Of a stretch of 43,965 nt of DNA, positions 1 through 8,517 are shown in pieces. Source of the stretch: Candidatus Aenigmatarchaeota archaeon. GTDB lineage: Archaea; Aenigmatarchaeota; Aenigmatarchaeia; PWEA01. A program made the translations under genes and the position numbers. The notes under the pieces are model-generated. The model had not been told where the DNA came from and ran no database searches. It worked only from the letters and a program-made list of their open reading frames with translations. Position 1 is the first letter of the stretch, and each line of letters starts with the position of its first letter. Location of the stretch: positions 1-43,965 of the forward strand of contig JBKHHD010000007.1 in the NCBI GenBank assembly GCA_046539325.1, in the 5' to 3' direction.

Positions 1-1
1 G

Positions 2-100
2 AAAGAGCTTGCAGAGATGTGTCTGAAGTTCAGGAAAACTGGGACGATGGACAGGACAAAGTTCTTCAGGAAGCTTGATGACTATCTTGAGGAGTTTTAG
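2..100 (+). CDS. 3' end of a CDS that starts before the window (hypothetical)
   Basis: Open frame KELAEMCLKFRKTGTMDRTKFFRKLDDYLEEF* ending at TAG 98-100, with typical codon usage. Confidence 0.7.
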   Translation, partial: KELAEMCLKFRKTGTMDRTKFFRKLDDYLEEF

Positions 101-126
101 GTTTAGAAAAGAAACTTGCGGATACA

Positions 127-134
127 TTTATAAG
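127..134 (+). promoter_or_regulatory. TATA box of the 157..495 gene (probably a leaderless or short-leader transcript)
   Basis: TTTATAAG about 23 nt before the ATG; the same geometry occurs at 532-539 and 15830-15837. Confidence 0.6.
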
Positions 135-156
135 CCCAGGTTACTAATCTGGAAAT

Positions 157-495
157 ATGACAGAGAAGGGACCCGACGACGAAGATAAGAAAGGAATTAT
201 GAAGTTCATGCAGAAAAAGAAGGCTGTAGCAGGCGTGGTTCTTCTTCTTGCCGCTTCCTTTGGTACGCTGCTTACCTTCACAGAGCAAACTTCTCAGGTA
301 ACAGGATACTTCCTTACAGAGGAGGATGAAACTTTGGTAGAAGAGCTGCAGGAGTACGAGGAGATGAATGAGGAAACGCTGGGAAGCTGGATCGAGGAGA
401 AGATTGAAGAAGGTTACACTGAAGAGGAGGTCAGAGAAGCGCTTGCTGACGTAGGCAAAGATCCAGGCCTTGTTGATGAATTCGTTGAAGAGTGA
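157..495 (+). CDS. single-pass membrane protein with acidic C-terminal helical domain (DPANN-type)
   Basis: TM segment AVAGVVLLLAASFGTLLTF, then a 'VTGY' motif and a C-terminal WIEEKIEEGYTEEEVREAL motif. Confidence 0.75.
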   Translation: MTEKGPDDEDKKGIMKFMQKKKAVAGVVLLLAASFGTLLTFTEQTSQVTGYFLTEEDETLVEELQEYEEMNEETLGSWIEEKIEEGYTEEEVREALADVGKDPGLVDEFVEE

Positions 496-561
496 AGTGA
501 GCGAAGACTTTAGTTATGATTCTATTTTAACTTTATAAAACTCCGGTTAACAGATAAGCTT

Positions 562-789
562 ATGGATTTTGGAGACTTCGTGGACTGGTTTAAGGGTGAC
601 AGTAGAAGGGAGCTTGTAGAGAACCTTTCGTACTGCCTTATAGTTATAGCAGCCGTTATGACTGTAATTGGTCTCGGCGTCGGAACAGTTTACCCCGGAC
701 TGCCAGTTCTTGTGGCCATAGTTGGTTCGTTTCTGGCGTTGGCGGGAATAGTTTTATATATCTTATCCGAATTAGTTAGGATTCTGTAA
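562..789 (+). CDS. small two-TM membrane protein
   Basis: Two hydrophobic helices; TATA at 532-539. Confidence 0.75.
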   Translation: MDFGDFVDWFKGDSRRELVENLSYCLIVIAAVMTVIGLGVGTVYPGLPVLVAIVGSFLALAGIVLYILSELVRIL

Positions 790-799
790 GGTGTGAAAC

Positions 800-1252
800 A
801 TGGCACGAATGTATTCACGGAAACATGGGAGTTCAGGCTCAAGCAAGCCATACAGAGAGGAGCCTCCTGAATGGGTAGACATGGATAAGGAGGAAGTGAA
901 GGAGAAGATCGTCGAGCTTGGCCAGGAAGGTAAGGAGCCTTCCGAAATAGGTGAAGTTCTCAGAGACCAGTACGGAATACCTTCTGTGAAGGACTTCGGG
1001 ATGAAGATAACGGAGATTCTTGAGAAGGAAGACCTTCGTGGTGAGATACCTGAAGATCTGAGGAAGCTTGTCAAGAAGTCAGAGAGGATAAGGGAGCACC
1101 TGGGAGATCAGCCTCGTGACTCTTCTGCTATCCACGGACTTGAACAGACGGAGTCCAAGATAAGAAGACTAACTAAGTACTACAAGAAGGAAGGTAAGAT
1201 TCCACAGGACTGGAAGCACGAGACTGAGAAGGAGTTCCATAAGAGAAAGTAG
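800..1252 (+). CDS. rps15: 30S ribosomal protein uS15 (S15/S13e)
   Basis: MARMYSRKHGSSGS, LRDQYGIPSVK, ESKIRRLTKYYK. Confidence 0.97.
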   Translation: MARMYSRKHGSSGSSKPYREEPPEWVDMDKEEVKEKIVELGQEGKEPSEIGEVLRDQYGIPSVKDFGMKITEILEKEDLRGEIPEDLRKLVKKSERIREHLGDQPRDSSAIHGLEQTESKIRRLTKYYKKEGKIPQDWKHETEKEFHKRK

Positions 1253-1312
1253 CCTTTCTTTTTGTTTTACCTTTGTTTATCTGTACTAGATCTGAAGCTT
1301 GGAAGGGTTAAA

Positions 1313-2680
1313 ATGGAGATACCAGAGGAGCTTGAACAACTGGTTGAAGATGCTGTGAAGAAGTTCAGGGAAATGGATAAGATCAGAATAGTTTCTCACT
1401 ACGATGCCGATGGAATTTCATCTGCTTCGATAATTCTTTGTGCAGCTCTGCGCGAGGGCAAGGACGTCCACCTATCCATCGTAAACCAGATAAGACCAGA
1501 GCTCGTGGAAAAGTTGAAGGAAGAAGGTGAGGAGAATCTTGTCTTTACAGATCTTGGCTCAGGGCATCTATCCTCCGTGAACGAGATCCAAGCCGATGAG
1601 ATAATAGTTCTCGACCACCACCACCTTTCAGGGGAGCTGGAAGGAGGCGTCCACGTAAATCCTCATCTGGTTGGAATGGAAGAGGACACTGTTTCCGGAG
1701 CCGGAATGACATATCTTTTTGCCAGGGAGCTCGATAAGAAGAACAAGGACCTTTCAGGCCTTGCGGTCGTTGGAGCTATAGGTGATATACAGGAGGAGAA
1801 CTGGAGGATGAGGGGTATAAACGAGGAGATAGTTGAGGAAGCTGAAAAGGTGGGAACTCTGAGTAAGGGGGAAGGCCTCCGTCTCTTTGGAAGGCTTTCA
1901 AGGCCAATACACAAATGTCTCCAGTACACGACGAGGCCTTACATTCCGGGCGTGTCGGAAAATGAGTCTGGAGCTGTTCAGTTTTTATCCAGCTTGGACA
2001 TAGACCTCAAAAAGGAGGACGGCTCCTGGAAGAAGCTCGTTGATCTTGAAAAGGAGGAAAAGAAGGAGCTTGCTTCAGCTATAATAAAGAAGAGGGTGAG
2101 GAACGGTGTGGACGGTGCCGAAGAAATTTTTGGAAACACGTATACTCTCTCATGTTTCGACGGAAGACTGGAGGATGCAAGGGAGCTTTCGACCTCGCTT
2201 AACGCCTGCGGTAGAATGTCCCAGGCTGCAGTTGGAATACTTACCTGTCTCGGCGACGAAGAGGCTGCAGAGGAGCTGGAGAAGGTAGTGAAAGGCTATA
2301 AGAGAACTCTGGGCAAACTGATAAGTACCGTGCGTAACAATGAAGGAATGTTGGAAGAAAGGGAAGGGTTCAACCTCTTGGACGGAATGGGTAAGATACC
2401 GGAGAACTTCATAGGAACGGTTTGCTCTATACTACAGTCGGATATCTCTGAAGGCGAGATACTTGTCGGTATAGCGGAATCAGAGAACAGCCGCGTTAAA
2501 CTTTCGGTAAGAGTGCCTGATGACCATGAAGCCAATGTAGGTGAGGCTATAGAGGAGATAAGCGAAGATATGGATATCGAAGGTGGAGGTCATGAGAAGG
2601 CCGGTGGAGCTTACGTTCACAGGGACGAGAAGGAGGAGTTTCTTGGAAAGCTGACGGAAGCCTTGGTGTCAGAAGCTTGA
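1313..2680 (+). CDS. recJ: archaeal RecJ/GAN-like DHH-DHHA1 nuclease
   Basis: SHYDADG, DLGSG, LDHH, GAIGD, GGGHEKAGG motifs; conserved position between rps15 and rps3ae; start moved to ATG 1313. Confidence 0.9.
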   Translation: MEIPEELEQLVEDAVKKFREMDKIRIVSHYDADGISSASIILCAALREGKDVHLSIVNQIRPELVEKLKEEGEENLVFTDLGSGHLSSVNEIQADEIIVLDHHHLSGELEGGVHVNPHLVGMEEDTVSGAGMTYLFARELDKKNKDLSGLAVVGAIGDIQEENWRMRGINEEIVEEAEKVGTLSKGEGLRLFGRLSRPIHKCLQYTTRPYIPGVSENESGAVQFLSSLDIDLKKEDGSWKKLVDLEKEEKKELASAIIKKRVRNGVDGAEEIFGNTYTLSCFDGRLEDARELSTSLNACGRMSQAAVGILTCLGDEEAAEELEKVVKGYKRTLGKLISTVRNNEGMLEEREGFNLLDGMGKIPENFIGTVCSILQSDISEGEILVGIAESENSRVKLSVRVPDDHEANVGEAIEEISEDMDIEGGGHEKAGGAYVHRDEKEEFLGKLTEALVSEA

Positions 2681-2723
2681 GAAAATCTTTTTAAATGTTA
2701 ACCCCAAAGTATGTGAGGAAACT

Positions 2724-3284
2724 ATGGCAAAGGACAGCAAGCTGAAAGGAAAAGAATGGTACACGCTGAAGGCTCCTGAGATGTTTGGAGGCGGAGAAAT
2801 TGGAGAGATACCTGCATCGACGAAGGAAGCTGTTAAAGGAAGGACTGTAGAGTCCGGGGCCACAGATCTCCACAGAAGCTCAAAGAAGTATTACTTCAAG
2901 ATCAGGATGAAGGTTGACGAAGTTGATGGAAAGAACTGCAAGCTGAAGTTCGTAGGCCATGATTGCTCAAGGGACTACATAACGAGAATTGTGAGGAAGA
3001 ACAGTAAAAGAGTGGACGAAGTAACCAGAATTGAAACGAAAGACGGCGTCAAGATGAGGGTTAAGACTATATGCGCCACAATAAAACCCGTAGGAGCTTC
3101 AAAGCAGACGTCGCTCAGGAAGAAGATAGACGAGGTTCTCAAGAAGGAAGCTTCCGAAGCGGACAGTGAAAAGTTCGTTAAGGACATGCTTATGAACAAG
3201 CTTCAGAATAAGCTTAAGAAGGAGCTCGACAAGATTTATCCTCTGAGAGAAGTCGAGTTCAGGAAGACAGAGGTATTGGAATAG
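2724..3284 (+). CDS. rps3ae: 30S ribosomal protein eS1 (S3Ae)
   Basis: KEWYTLKAPEMF, GRTVE, KIYPLREVEFRKTEV. Confidence 0.96.
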   Translation: MAKDSKLKGKEWYTLKAPEMFGGGEIGEIPASTKEAVKGRTVESGATDLHRSSKKYYFKIRMKVDEVDGKNCKLKFVGHDCSRDYITRIVRKNSKRVDEVTRIETKDGVKMRVKTICATIKPVGASKQTSLRKKIDEVLKKEASEADSEKFVKDMLMNKLQNKLKKELDKIYPLREVEFRKTEVLE

Positions 3285-3351
3285 TTTCTACGTGTTTCTA
3301 CAACAGATTTTTAAACTATAAGCACACTTCTTACATTATTGAGGTGATTAA

Positions 3352-3627
3352 ATGAGCGCTGCAGCTAAACTTGCACTGGGTGTTGTAGTAATCCTCATTG
3401 GTTTATGGCTTCTACTTCCTGCAGGAATGGTAGAAGAAGTCAAGCCCGATGAAGGAATTTCCTCAAGCCTTGACTGGTGGCAGCCTTTCAAAACGGTTGT
3501 CATGGGGATGATTCCGCCTTTCTTGATAGTAGTAGGAATTCTAGTAGTCTGGATCGAAGCCGAAGAGATGAAAGCACCCGAAGTTCCTGAAATAGAGGAA
3601 GATTTCGACATTGACGAAGAGGAGTAA
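3352..3627 (+). CDS. small two-TM membrane protein with acidic tail
   Basis: GAGGTGAT RBS; two hydrophobic helices and an acidic C-terminus. Confidence 0.8.
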   Translation: MSAAAKLALGVVVILIGLWLLLPAGMVEEVKPDEGISSSLDWWQPFKTVVMGMIPPFLIVVGILVVWIEAEEMKAPEVPEIEEDFDIDEEE

Positions 3628-3642
3628 TATCCTCCTTATTTT

Positions 3643-4830
3643 TTATTTTTCCGTCAGTATCTTTACGATTTCTCCATTTTTTAGAGTCTTGTCCGCGGAT
3701 ATTCTTCTCCCTGATTTGCAGTCGATGGCGCCTATAAAGCTTTCTCCGATATCGCTATGAACCTGATAAGCAAGGTCCTCGGCAGTTGAACCTCTTTCAA
3801 GTAGAATAGCATCTGGTAGTACGTTCCCTTTCTGATCTGTATAGTTGTTTTCGTTTTCGACAGGGTAAACTACTATCATGTCCAGGAGATCAAAGACGGC
3901 CCTGTTTACAGTTTGTTGTATGCCCGTAGATCCGTACTTCTCAAGTATCTTCTCTACAGAACCAAGACCCTTTTCCTCCTTTTCCGTTAGTTTTTCTTCT
4001 TCGGGTACAGTAAAGTCCCCTTCGCCGGGTATGTAGTTTATCTTTCCCTGCTCGGAAGCTCTCCTCAGAGCGAGCTCTGCTTCAGCACAGCAAGGAACAA
4101 CCTCCATATCCGTTTTGTCCTTAAGTTCTTCCAGGTTTCCTTCGGCTTCGGGGAGATCGATTTTGTTGGCAGCTATAATCATAGGTTTAGTAAGCTTCCT
4201 AAGCTCAGTTGCGAAGCTGCTTACGTCTTCGTCGCTCCATTTACTTGGCTTGTCCTTGTCGAGGCCAAGGTTGTTTATAGTTTTCCTTATGTCGTCCTTC
4301 GTTATCTTAAGACCTGAAAACCTCGAAAGAAGCTGCTCCTCGAAATCCTTGTTTTCCATCTCTATCTCTGATGAAAACTTCTTCCACTCCCTCTCAAATA
4401 TATCTTCGTACCAGAAGTCCAGTTCGTTTTCCAGGAATTCTATGTTACCGTATGGGTCGTAGCCTTCCGTGGGCTCTCCTTCCTCGTCCGTCCTGCCTGA
4501 TATATCAAGTACGTGGATCAAGGCGTCTGCTTCCCTTAGATCATCGAGAAACTGGTTTCCCAGGCCACGTCCTTCATGTGCATCTGGAACCAGACCGGCG
4601 ACGTCAAGCATCTCAACAGGGACGAACCTCACACCGTCCACACATTTTCCGTTTGGATCACAGGAAACGTCTAGTTCCTTGCATGGACATTCTGTAGTCA
4701 CGTAACCTATGCCGCGGTTGGCGTCTATAGTGGTGAAGGGGTAGTTGTTTATCTCTATGTCTGCAAGGGTGCAGGCTTTCATGAACGTGGACTTGCCTGT
4801 GTTTGGACCACCGACTAGGCCTACTTTCAT
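3643..4830 (-). CDS. ychF: Obg-family redox-regulated ATPase YchF (archaeal type) with TGS domain
   Basis: GGPNTGKST, YPFTTI, DVAGLV, GLGNQFLDDL, ANKID, C-terminal TGS; true start MKVGLVG at 4830. Confidence 0.95.
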   Translation of the reverse strand: MKVGLVGGPNTGKSTFMKACTLADIEINNYPFTTIDANRGIGYVTTECPCKELDVSCDPNGKCVDGVRFVPVEMLDVAGLVPDAHEGRGLGNQFLDDLREADALIHVLDISGRTDEEGEPTEGYDPYGNIEFLENELDFWYEDIFEREWKKFSSEIEMENKDFEEQLLSRFSGLKITKDDIRKTINNLGLDKDKPSKWSDEDVSSFATELRKLTKPMIIAANKIDLPEAEGNLEELKDKTDMEVVPCCAEAELALRRASEQGKINYIPGEGDFTVPEEEKLTEKEEKGLGSVEKILEKYGSTGIQQTVNRAVFDLLDMIVVYPVENENNYTDQKGNVLPDAILLERGSTAEDLAYQVHSDIGESFIGAIDCKSGRRISADKTLKNGEIVKILTEK

Positions 4831-4954
4831 GGCTAAACTTTCCATGGAGAAATATTTAAATCCAACTTGTCCTTTTTGTTGTACAGTCCGGCATATACCT
4901 TTAAAAATGTGAGAACTTAAACAGTATAGGAATCCTGGAGGTAGGGTGAAATAT

Positions 4955-5458
4955 ATGGAAGCTGCTATATGTGAGGTATGTCTGAAGAACGACATGCTTT
5001 GCGAAGGATGTTCGAAGAAGTTGGAAGAGGGAGAGATTTCGGAAGAGGCAGTCGAGCTTTCAAGATACCTCTACTCACTTTCAAAGGATCACTCTTACCT
5101 CAAGGACATCGAAGTAAATGAGATCTACGTCGGCGAGGAAGTTATAGTAATCGTTGCGCCCAAGGAAGACGTTGGTAAGGTCGTCGGTAAGGGTGGAGAG
5201 ATAGTCAAGAAGCTTGCCGGTGAAGTTGAGAGAGCTATCCGTGTAGTGGAGATGAGCGAAGATGTCAAGGAGTTCTCGAAAAACCTTCTCCCTGACGTCA
5301 AGGTACATGGAGTAAACAAGGTTTTCTCTCCTGATGAAGACTACTACAAGGTTGTGGTAGACCCCAACGACACAAGCCGTATAATGCTAAACGATGAAGA
5401 GTTCACTGAGGTAGTGAAGAAGGTTACTGGCGAGAGTGCAAAGCTTTCGTTCAAATAG
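4955..5458 (+). CDS. NusA-like KH-domain transcription factor with N-terminal Cys (Zn) motif
   Basis: ICEVCLKNDMLCEGC and KH loop VGKVVGKGG; alternative GTG start at 4946. Confidence 0.85.
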   Translation: MEAAICEVCLKNDMLCEGCSKKLEEGEISEEAVELSRYLYSLSKDHSYLKDIEVNEIYVGEEVIVIVAPKEDVGKVVGKGGEIVKKLAGEVERAIRVVEMSEDVKEFSKNLLPDVKVHGVNKVFSPDEDYYKVVVDPNDTSRIMLNDEEFTEVVKKVTGESAKLSFK

Positions 5459-5511
5459 GAATCAAAAGTCTTGTTCTTAGAGATCTTCTCACATTTTAAG
5501 TCTTTGGCTAT

Positions 5512-5550
5512 TTAGTATATTTATTACTAACAAATAGTAACATTTATAAG
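5512..5550 (+). promoter_or_regulatory. overlapping inverted repeats plus TATA box upstream of the small ORF at 5584
   Basis: TTAGTA-N7-TACTAA (5512-5530) and TTACTA-N5-TAGTAA (5524-5540), then TTTATAAG (5543-5550). Confidence 0.5.
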
Positions 5551-5583
5551 TAAGGAAAACTAATTTGTAACTGGTGAATTACA

Positions 5584-5694
5584 ATGGATCACAATACATT
5601 TGTTAAAATATATAAGAGCGGTCTAGGACTCAAAGAAGACGAAGTGTTGCCCGATAAGTCAGAGGAAAATAAAGATTACTGGAACTCTCTCTAA
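5584..5694 (+). CDS. 36-aa small protein missing from the ORF track
   Basis: MDHNTFVKIYKSGLGLKEDEVLPDKSEENKDYWNSL*, with its own TATA, a GGTGA RBS and a terminator. Confidence 0.65.
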   Translation: MDHNTFVKIYKSGLGLKEDEVLPDKSEENKDYWNSL

Positions 5695-5700
5695 AACTCC

Positions 5701-5733
5701 GGGTCAGTTACTCTGACCCTTTTCTACTTTTTT
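5701..5733 (+). terminator. hairpin plus T-tract terminator
   Basis: GGGTCAG-ttact-CTGACCC followed by TTTTTCTACTTTTTT. Confidence 0.7.
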
Positions 5734-5790
5734 CCTCATTTATAGGGGTTAAAGTTTTATTTCTGTAAAAGAAAGTATGTAGGGTGTTTT

Positions 5791-6117
5791 ATGGCTTACA
5801 TGGAATCTCTCGCCGGCTTTGTTATGAGTCTCATAGTGTCAGGGCTTATTATCTACTTCGTGACAGCCGTTTTAGGTAGCGGTAAGGGGATCATGACAGC
5901 ACTCCTTGCAGCACTAACTGGATCAGTGATATACGCTCTCTCGCCTCTGATACCTACTGGATTCCTGTCCACGGTGATAGCTGGATTAGTATGGCTCTTG
6001 GCAATCCGTCACTTTTACCGTGTCGGTTGGATCAGAGCTCTTATAATGGCCCTGGTTATTTGGTTTGTTACTACAGTAGTCAGTGCTTTCCTTCCTACGC
6101 TTGCCGGTCCGGTATAG
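5791..6117 (+). CDS. four-TM membrane protein
   Basis: Hydrophobic throughout; IRHFYRVGWIRAL motif. Confidence 0.8.
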   Translation: MAYMESLAGFVMSLIVSGLIIYFVTAVLGSGKGIMTALLAALTGSVIYALSPLIPTGFLSTVIAGLVWLLAIRHFYRVGWIRALIMALVIWFVTTVVSAFLPTLAGPV

Positions 6118-6194
6118 CTTGTTTGGATACTTCGGAGCTTTGATTTGGACTAGGGACAGCCTTTTATTTTTAGAAACATTAAGGGTGGATAGTC

Positions 6195-7958
6195 ATGAGA
6201 ATCGCTATCGTAGACCGTGAGAGATGTAATCCCGAAAAATGTGACTGGGAGTGCTTCAAGGCCTGTCCGGTGAACAGAAAGGGTGAAGACTGCATCAAGA
6301 AAGGAAAGAATGCGGAAATAGACGAAGAGCTGTGTATAGGCTGTGGGATATGTGTTACCAAATGTCCCTTTGACGCGATAAAGATAGTTAATACTCCCGA
6401 GGAGCTTGACGAAAAGCCAGTCCATCGCTTCGACAAGAACGCCTTCGTTCTCTACAGGCTTCCTATACCCCAACCAGGCGGAGTCGTAGGTCTTCTCGGA
6501 GGAAACGGTCTTGGGAAATCAACAGCTCTGAAGATCCTTTCTGGTAACATAGATCCAAACATGGGGAACGTGGGAGAGAAGGCAGAGATGAAGGACCTTT
6601 CGGAGCTTTTCAGAGGTACGCAGCTCCAGGACTACTTCAAAGAGATGAAAGGTGAAAAGAAGACTGTCTACAAGCCACAGAGGGTAGAGGAAATACCAAG
6701 GATGTTCGAAGGCGAAGTGAAAAGCTTTCTTGAAGGAACGGATGAGAGGGGTGTCCTGGATGAAGTTCTGGAAAGACTGAGTATAGAAAACGTTCTTGAT
6801 AGAAGACTAGAGGAGCTTTCAGGTGGCGAGCTTCAGAGGGTTGCTATAGCCGCCACTATATGTAAGGATGCGGAGATATACTACTTTGACGAGCCTTCTT
6901 CGTACTTGGACGTATACCAGAGGCTTCAGATGGGTAAGCTCATACAGGAGCTTGCTGAGAATAAGACAGTTATGGTGGTTGACCATGACCTCGCTACCTT
7001 GGACTACCTTGCTGATACTATACATGTCTTCTATGGTGAAGCGGGTGCATACGGAATAGTTTCAAAGCCTTACTCCACGAGGAAAGGGATAAATGCTTAC
7101 CTCGGGGGCTATATACGCGAGGACAACGTTCGCTTCAGAGAAGAACCTGTTAAGTTTGAGATAAGGGCTCCTACCAAGGAGACGCAGAGAAAGACCTTGT
7201 TGGAGTTCCCTGAAACCAAGAAGAAGCTGGGTGACTTCAGTCTTACAGTGGAAAGTGGAGATCTGGCGGAAGAAGAGCAGCTTGGTATCTTCGGTGCGAA
7301 CGCTCTGGGTAAGAGTACCTTTGCTAAGATTTTAACGGGGGAACTCGATGCGGATAAAGGAGGACCTGGAAAGGAGGTCGGCATCTCTTACAAGCCGCAG
7401 AAGATTGAGACGGGTGGTGCAGGAAGGGTCATAGATTACCTTTCCAAGGTTACCGACAATCCTTATTCGAACGACTTCAAGAACCAGATTCTGAGACCTC
7501 TAGGACTTGAGGATCTTCTTGAAAACGAAGTTTCAAACCTTTCAGGTGGTGAGAGACAACGTCTAGCTATAGCCGTTTGTTTGTCGAAGGACGCTGAGAT
7601 ATACCTTATGGATGAACCCTCTGCATATCTGGACGTAGATCAAAGGCTCGCGGTAGCGAAGCTCGTACAGTCCGTAACTTCGCGCAATGAAGCCTCCTGT
7701 ATGGTGATAGACCACGATATTTTGTTTCTCGATTACTTGTCTGAGAGAGGAATGGTATTTCTCGGTGAGCCAGGAGTTCGGGGAAAGGCCTTGAAACCCG
7801 ATGACCTTGAAACATCTTTCAACAAGTTCCTGAAGGACGTAGGTGTTACCTTCAGAAGGGATCCACAGACCGGACGACCTCGAGCCAACAAGCTTGATTC
7901 TGTAAAGGACAGGGAACAGAAGAAAAGCGGAAATTACTACTACGTAGAGGAGTCGTGA
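6195..7958 (+). CDS. rli: ABCE1/RLI ribosome recycling ATPase
   Basis: N-terminal Fe-S (CNPEKC, CIGCGICVTKCP), two ABC domains (GGNGLGKST, LSGGE, DEPS), RPRANK tail. Confidence 0.97.
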   Translation: MRIAIVDRERCNPEKCDWECFKACPVNRKGEDCIKKGKNAEIDEELCIGCGICVTKCPFDAIKIVNTPEELDEKPVHRFDKNAFVLYRLPIPQPGGVVGLLGGNGLGKSTALKILSGNIDPNMGNVGEKAEMKDLSELFRGTQLQDYFKEMKGEKKTVYKPQRVEEIPRMFEGEVKSFLEGTDERGVLDEVLERLSIENVLDRRLEELSGGELQRVAIAATICKDAEIYYFDEPSSYLDVYQRLQMGKLIQELAENKTVMVVDHDLATLDYLADTIHVFYGEAGAYGIVSKPYSTRKGINAYLGGYIREDNVRFREEPVKFEIRAPTKETQRKTLLEFPETKKKLGDFSLTVESGDLAEEEQLGIFGANALGKSTFAKILTGELDADKGGPGKEVGISYKPQKIETGGAGRVIDYLSKVTDNPYSNDFKNQILRPLGLEDLLENEVSNLSGGERQRLAIAVCLSKDAEIYLMDEPSAYLDVDQRLAVAKLVQSVTSRNEASCMVIDHDILFLDYLSERGMVFLGEPGVRGKALKPDDLETSFNKFLKDVGVTFRRDPQTGRPRANKLDSVKDREQKKSGNYYYVEES

Positions 7959-8027
7959 ATAGAACTTATTTTTGATTATAAGAGAATTTAGGAGAGTAAA
8001 GATCTAAGAGGCTCTGGTCCTCAGGTT

Positions 8028-8450
8028 TTACCTTCTTCTGTTTAGCTTCCTATCGATATCCTCTAACTTCCTCAGTATTTCCTGGAGCATTTCCTTTTCT
8101 TCGCTAGCTGGCTCATTCATCCTTCGGTTGTTTGTTTTGTCTCTCCTCGGTAGGTTGTTTTCAGGTCTTTGGAAATCTCTTTCACGTGTTGTGTTGCTTG
8201 GTCTTCTTCTCTGATTTTCTCTTGATGTTGAACTTCTTCTGTTCCCCCTCCTTGGAGAATTTTCTACGTCTGGAAGATCTTCGGTTGAAGGCATGTCGAG
8301 ATTTTCCCTTCTCCTTCTTGTATTGATCGGGGATTTGTTTTCTTCGGTTTCCTCATCTATCCTTGAGACCTTGCTTATGCTTCTTGGTTTGTCGGAGCCT
8401 TGACCCTTTCTTTCTGGTGTAAGCATATCCTTTATCTTGCCCAGTACCAT
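8028..8450 (-). CDS. low-complexity Arg/Asn/Ser-rich protein with terminal helices
   Basis: Start MVLGKIKDML at 8450; disordered middle; C-terminal coiled-coil EKEMLQEILRKLEDIDRKL. Confidence 0.7.
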   Translation of the reverse strand: MVLGKIKDMLTPERKGQGSDKPRSISKVSRIDEETEENKSPINTRRRRENLDMPSTEDLPDVENSPRRGNRRSSTSRENQRRRPSNTTRERDFQRPENNLPRRDKTNNRRMNEPASEEKEMLQEILRKLEDIDRKLNRRR

Positions 8451-8517
8451 AGTTTTATTATTGATGGAGAGGTATTTATTAGTGTCGGACAGGAAAAATG
8501 ACTGACCGGGATGTTCT

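Noticed and set aside
4831-4995. N-terminal extensions of ychF (also recJ, pgk and fba) in the ORF track
   Set aside because: They overlap neighbours or promoters; downstream ATGs match the family starts.
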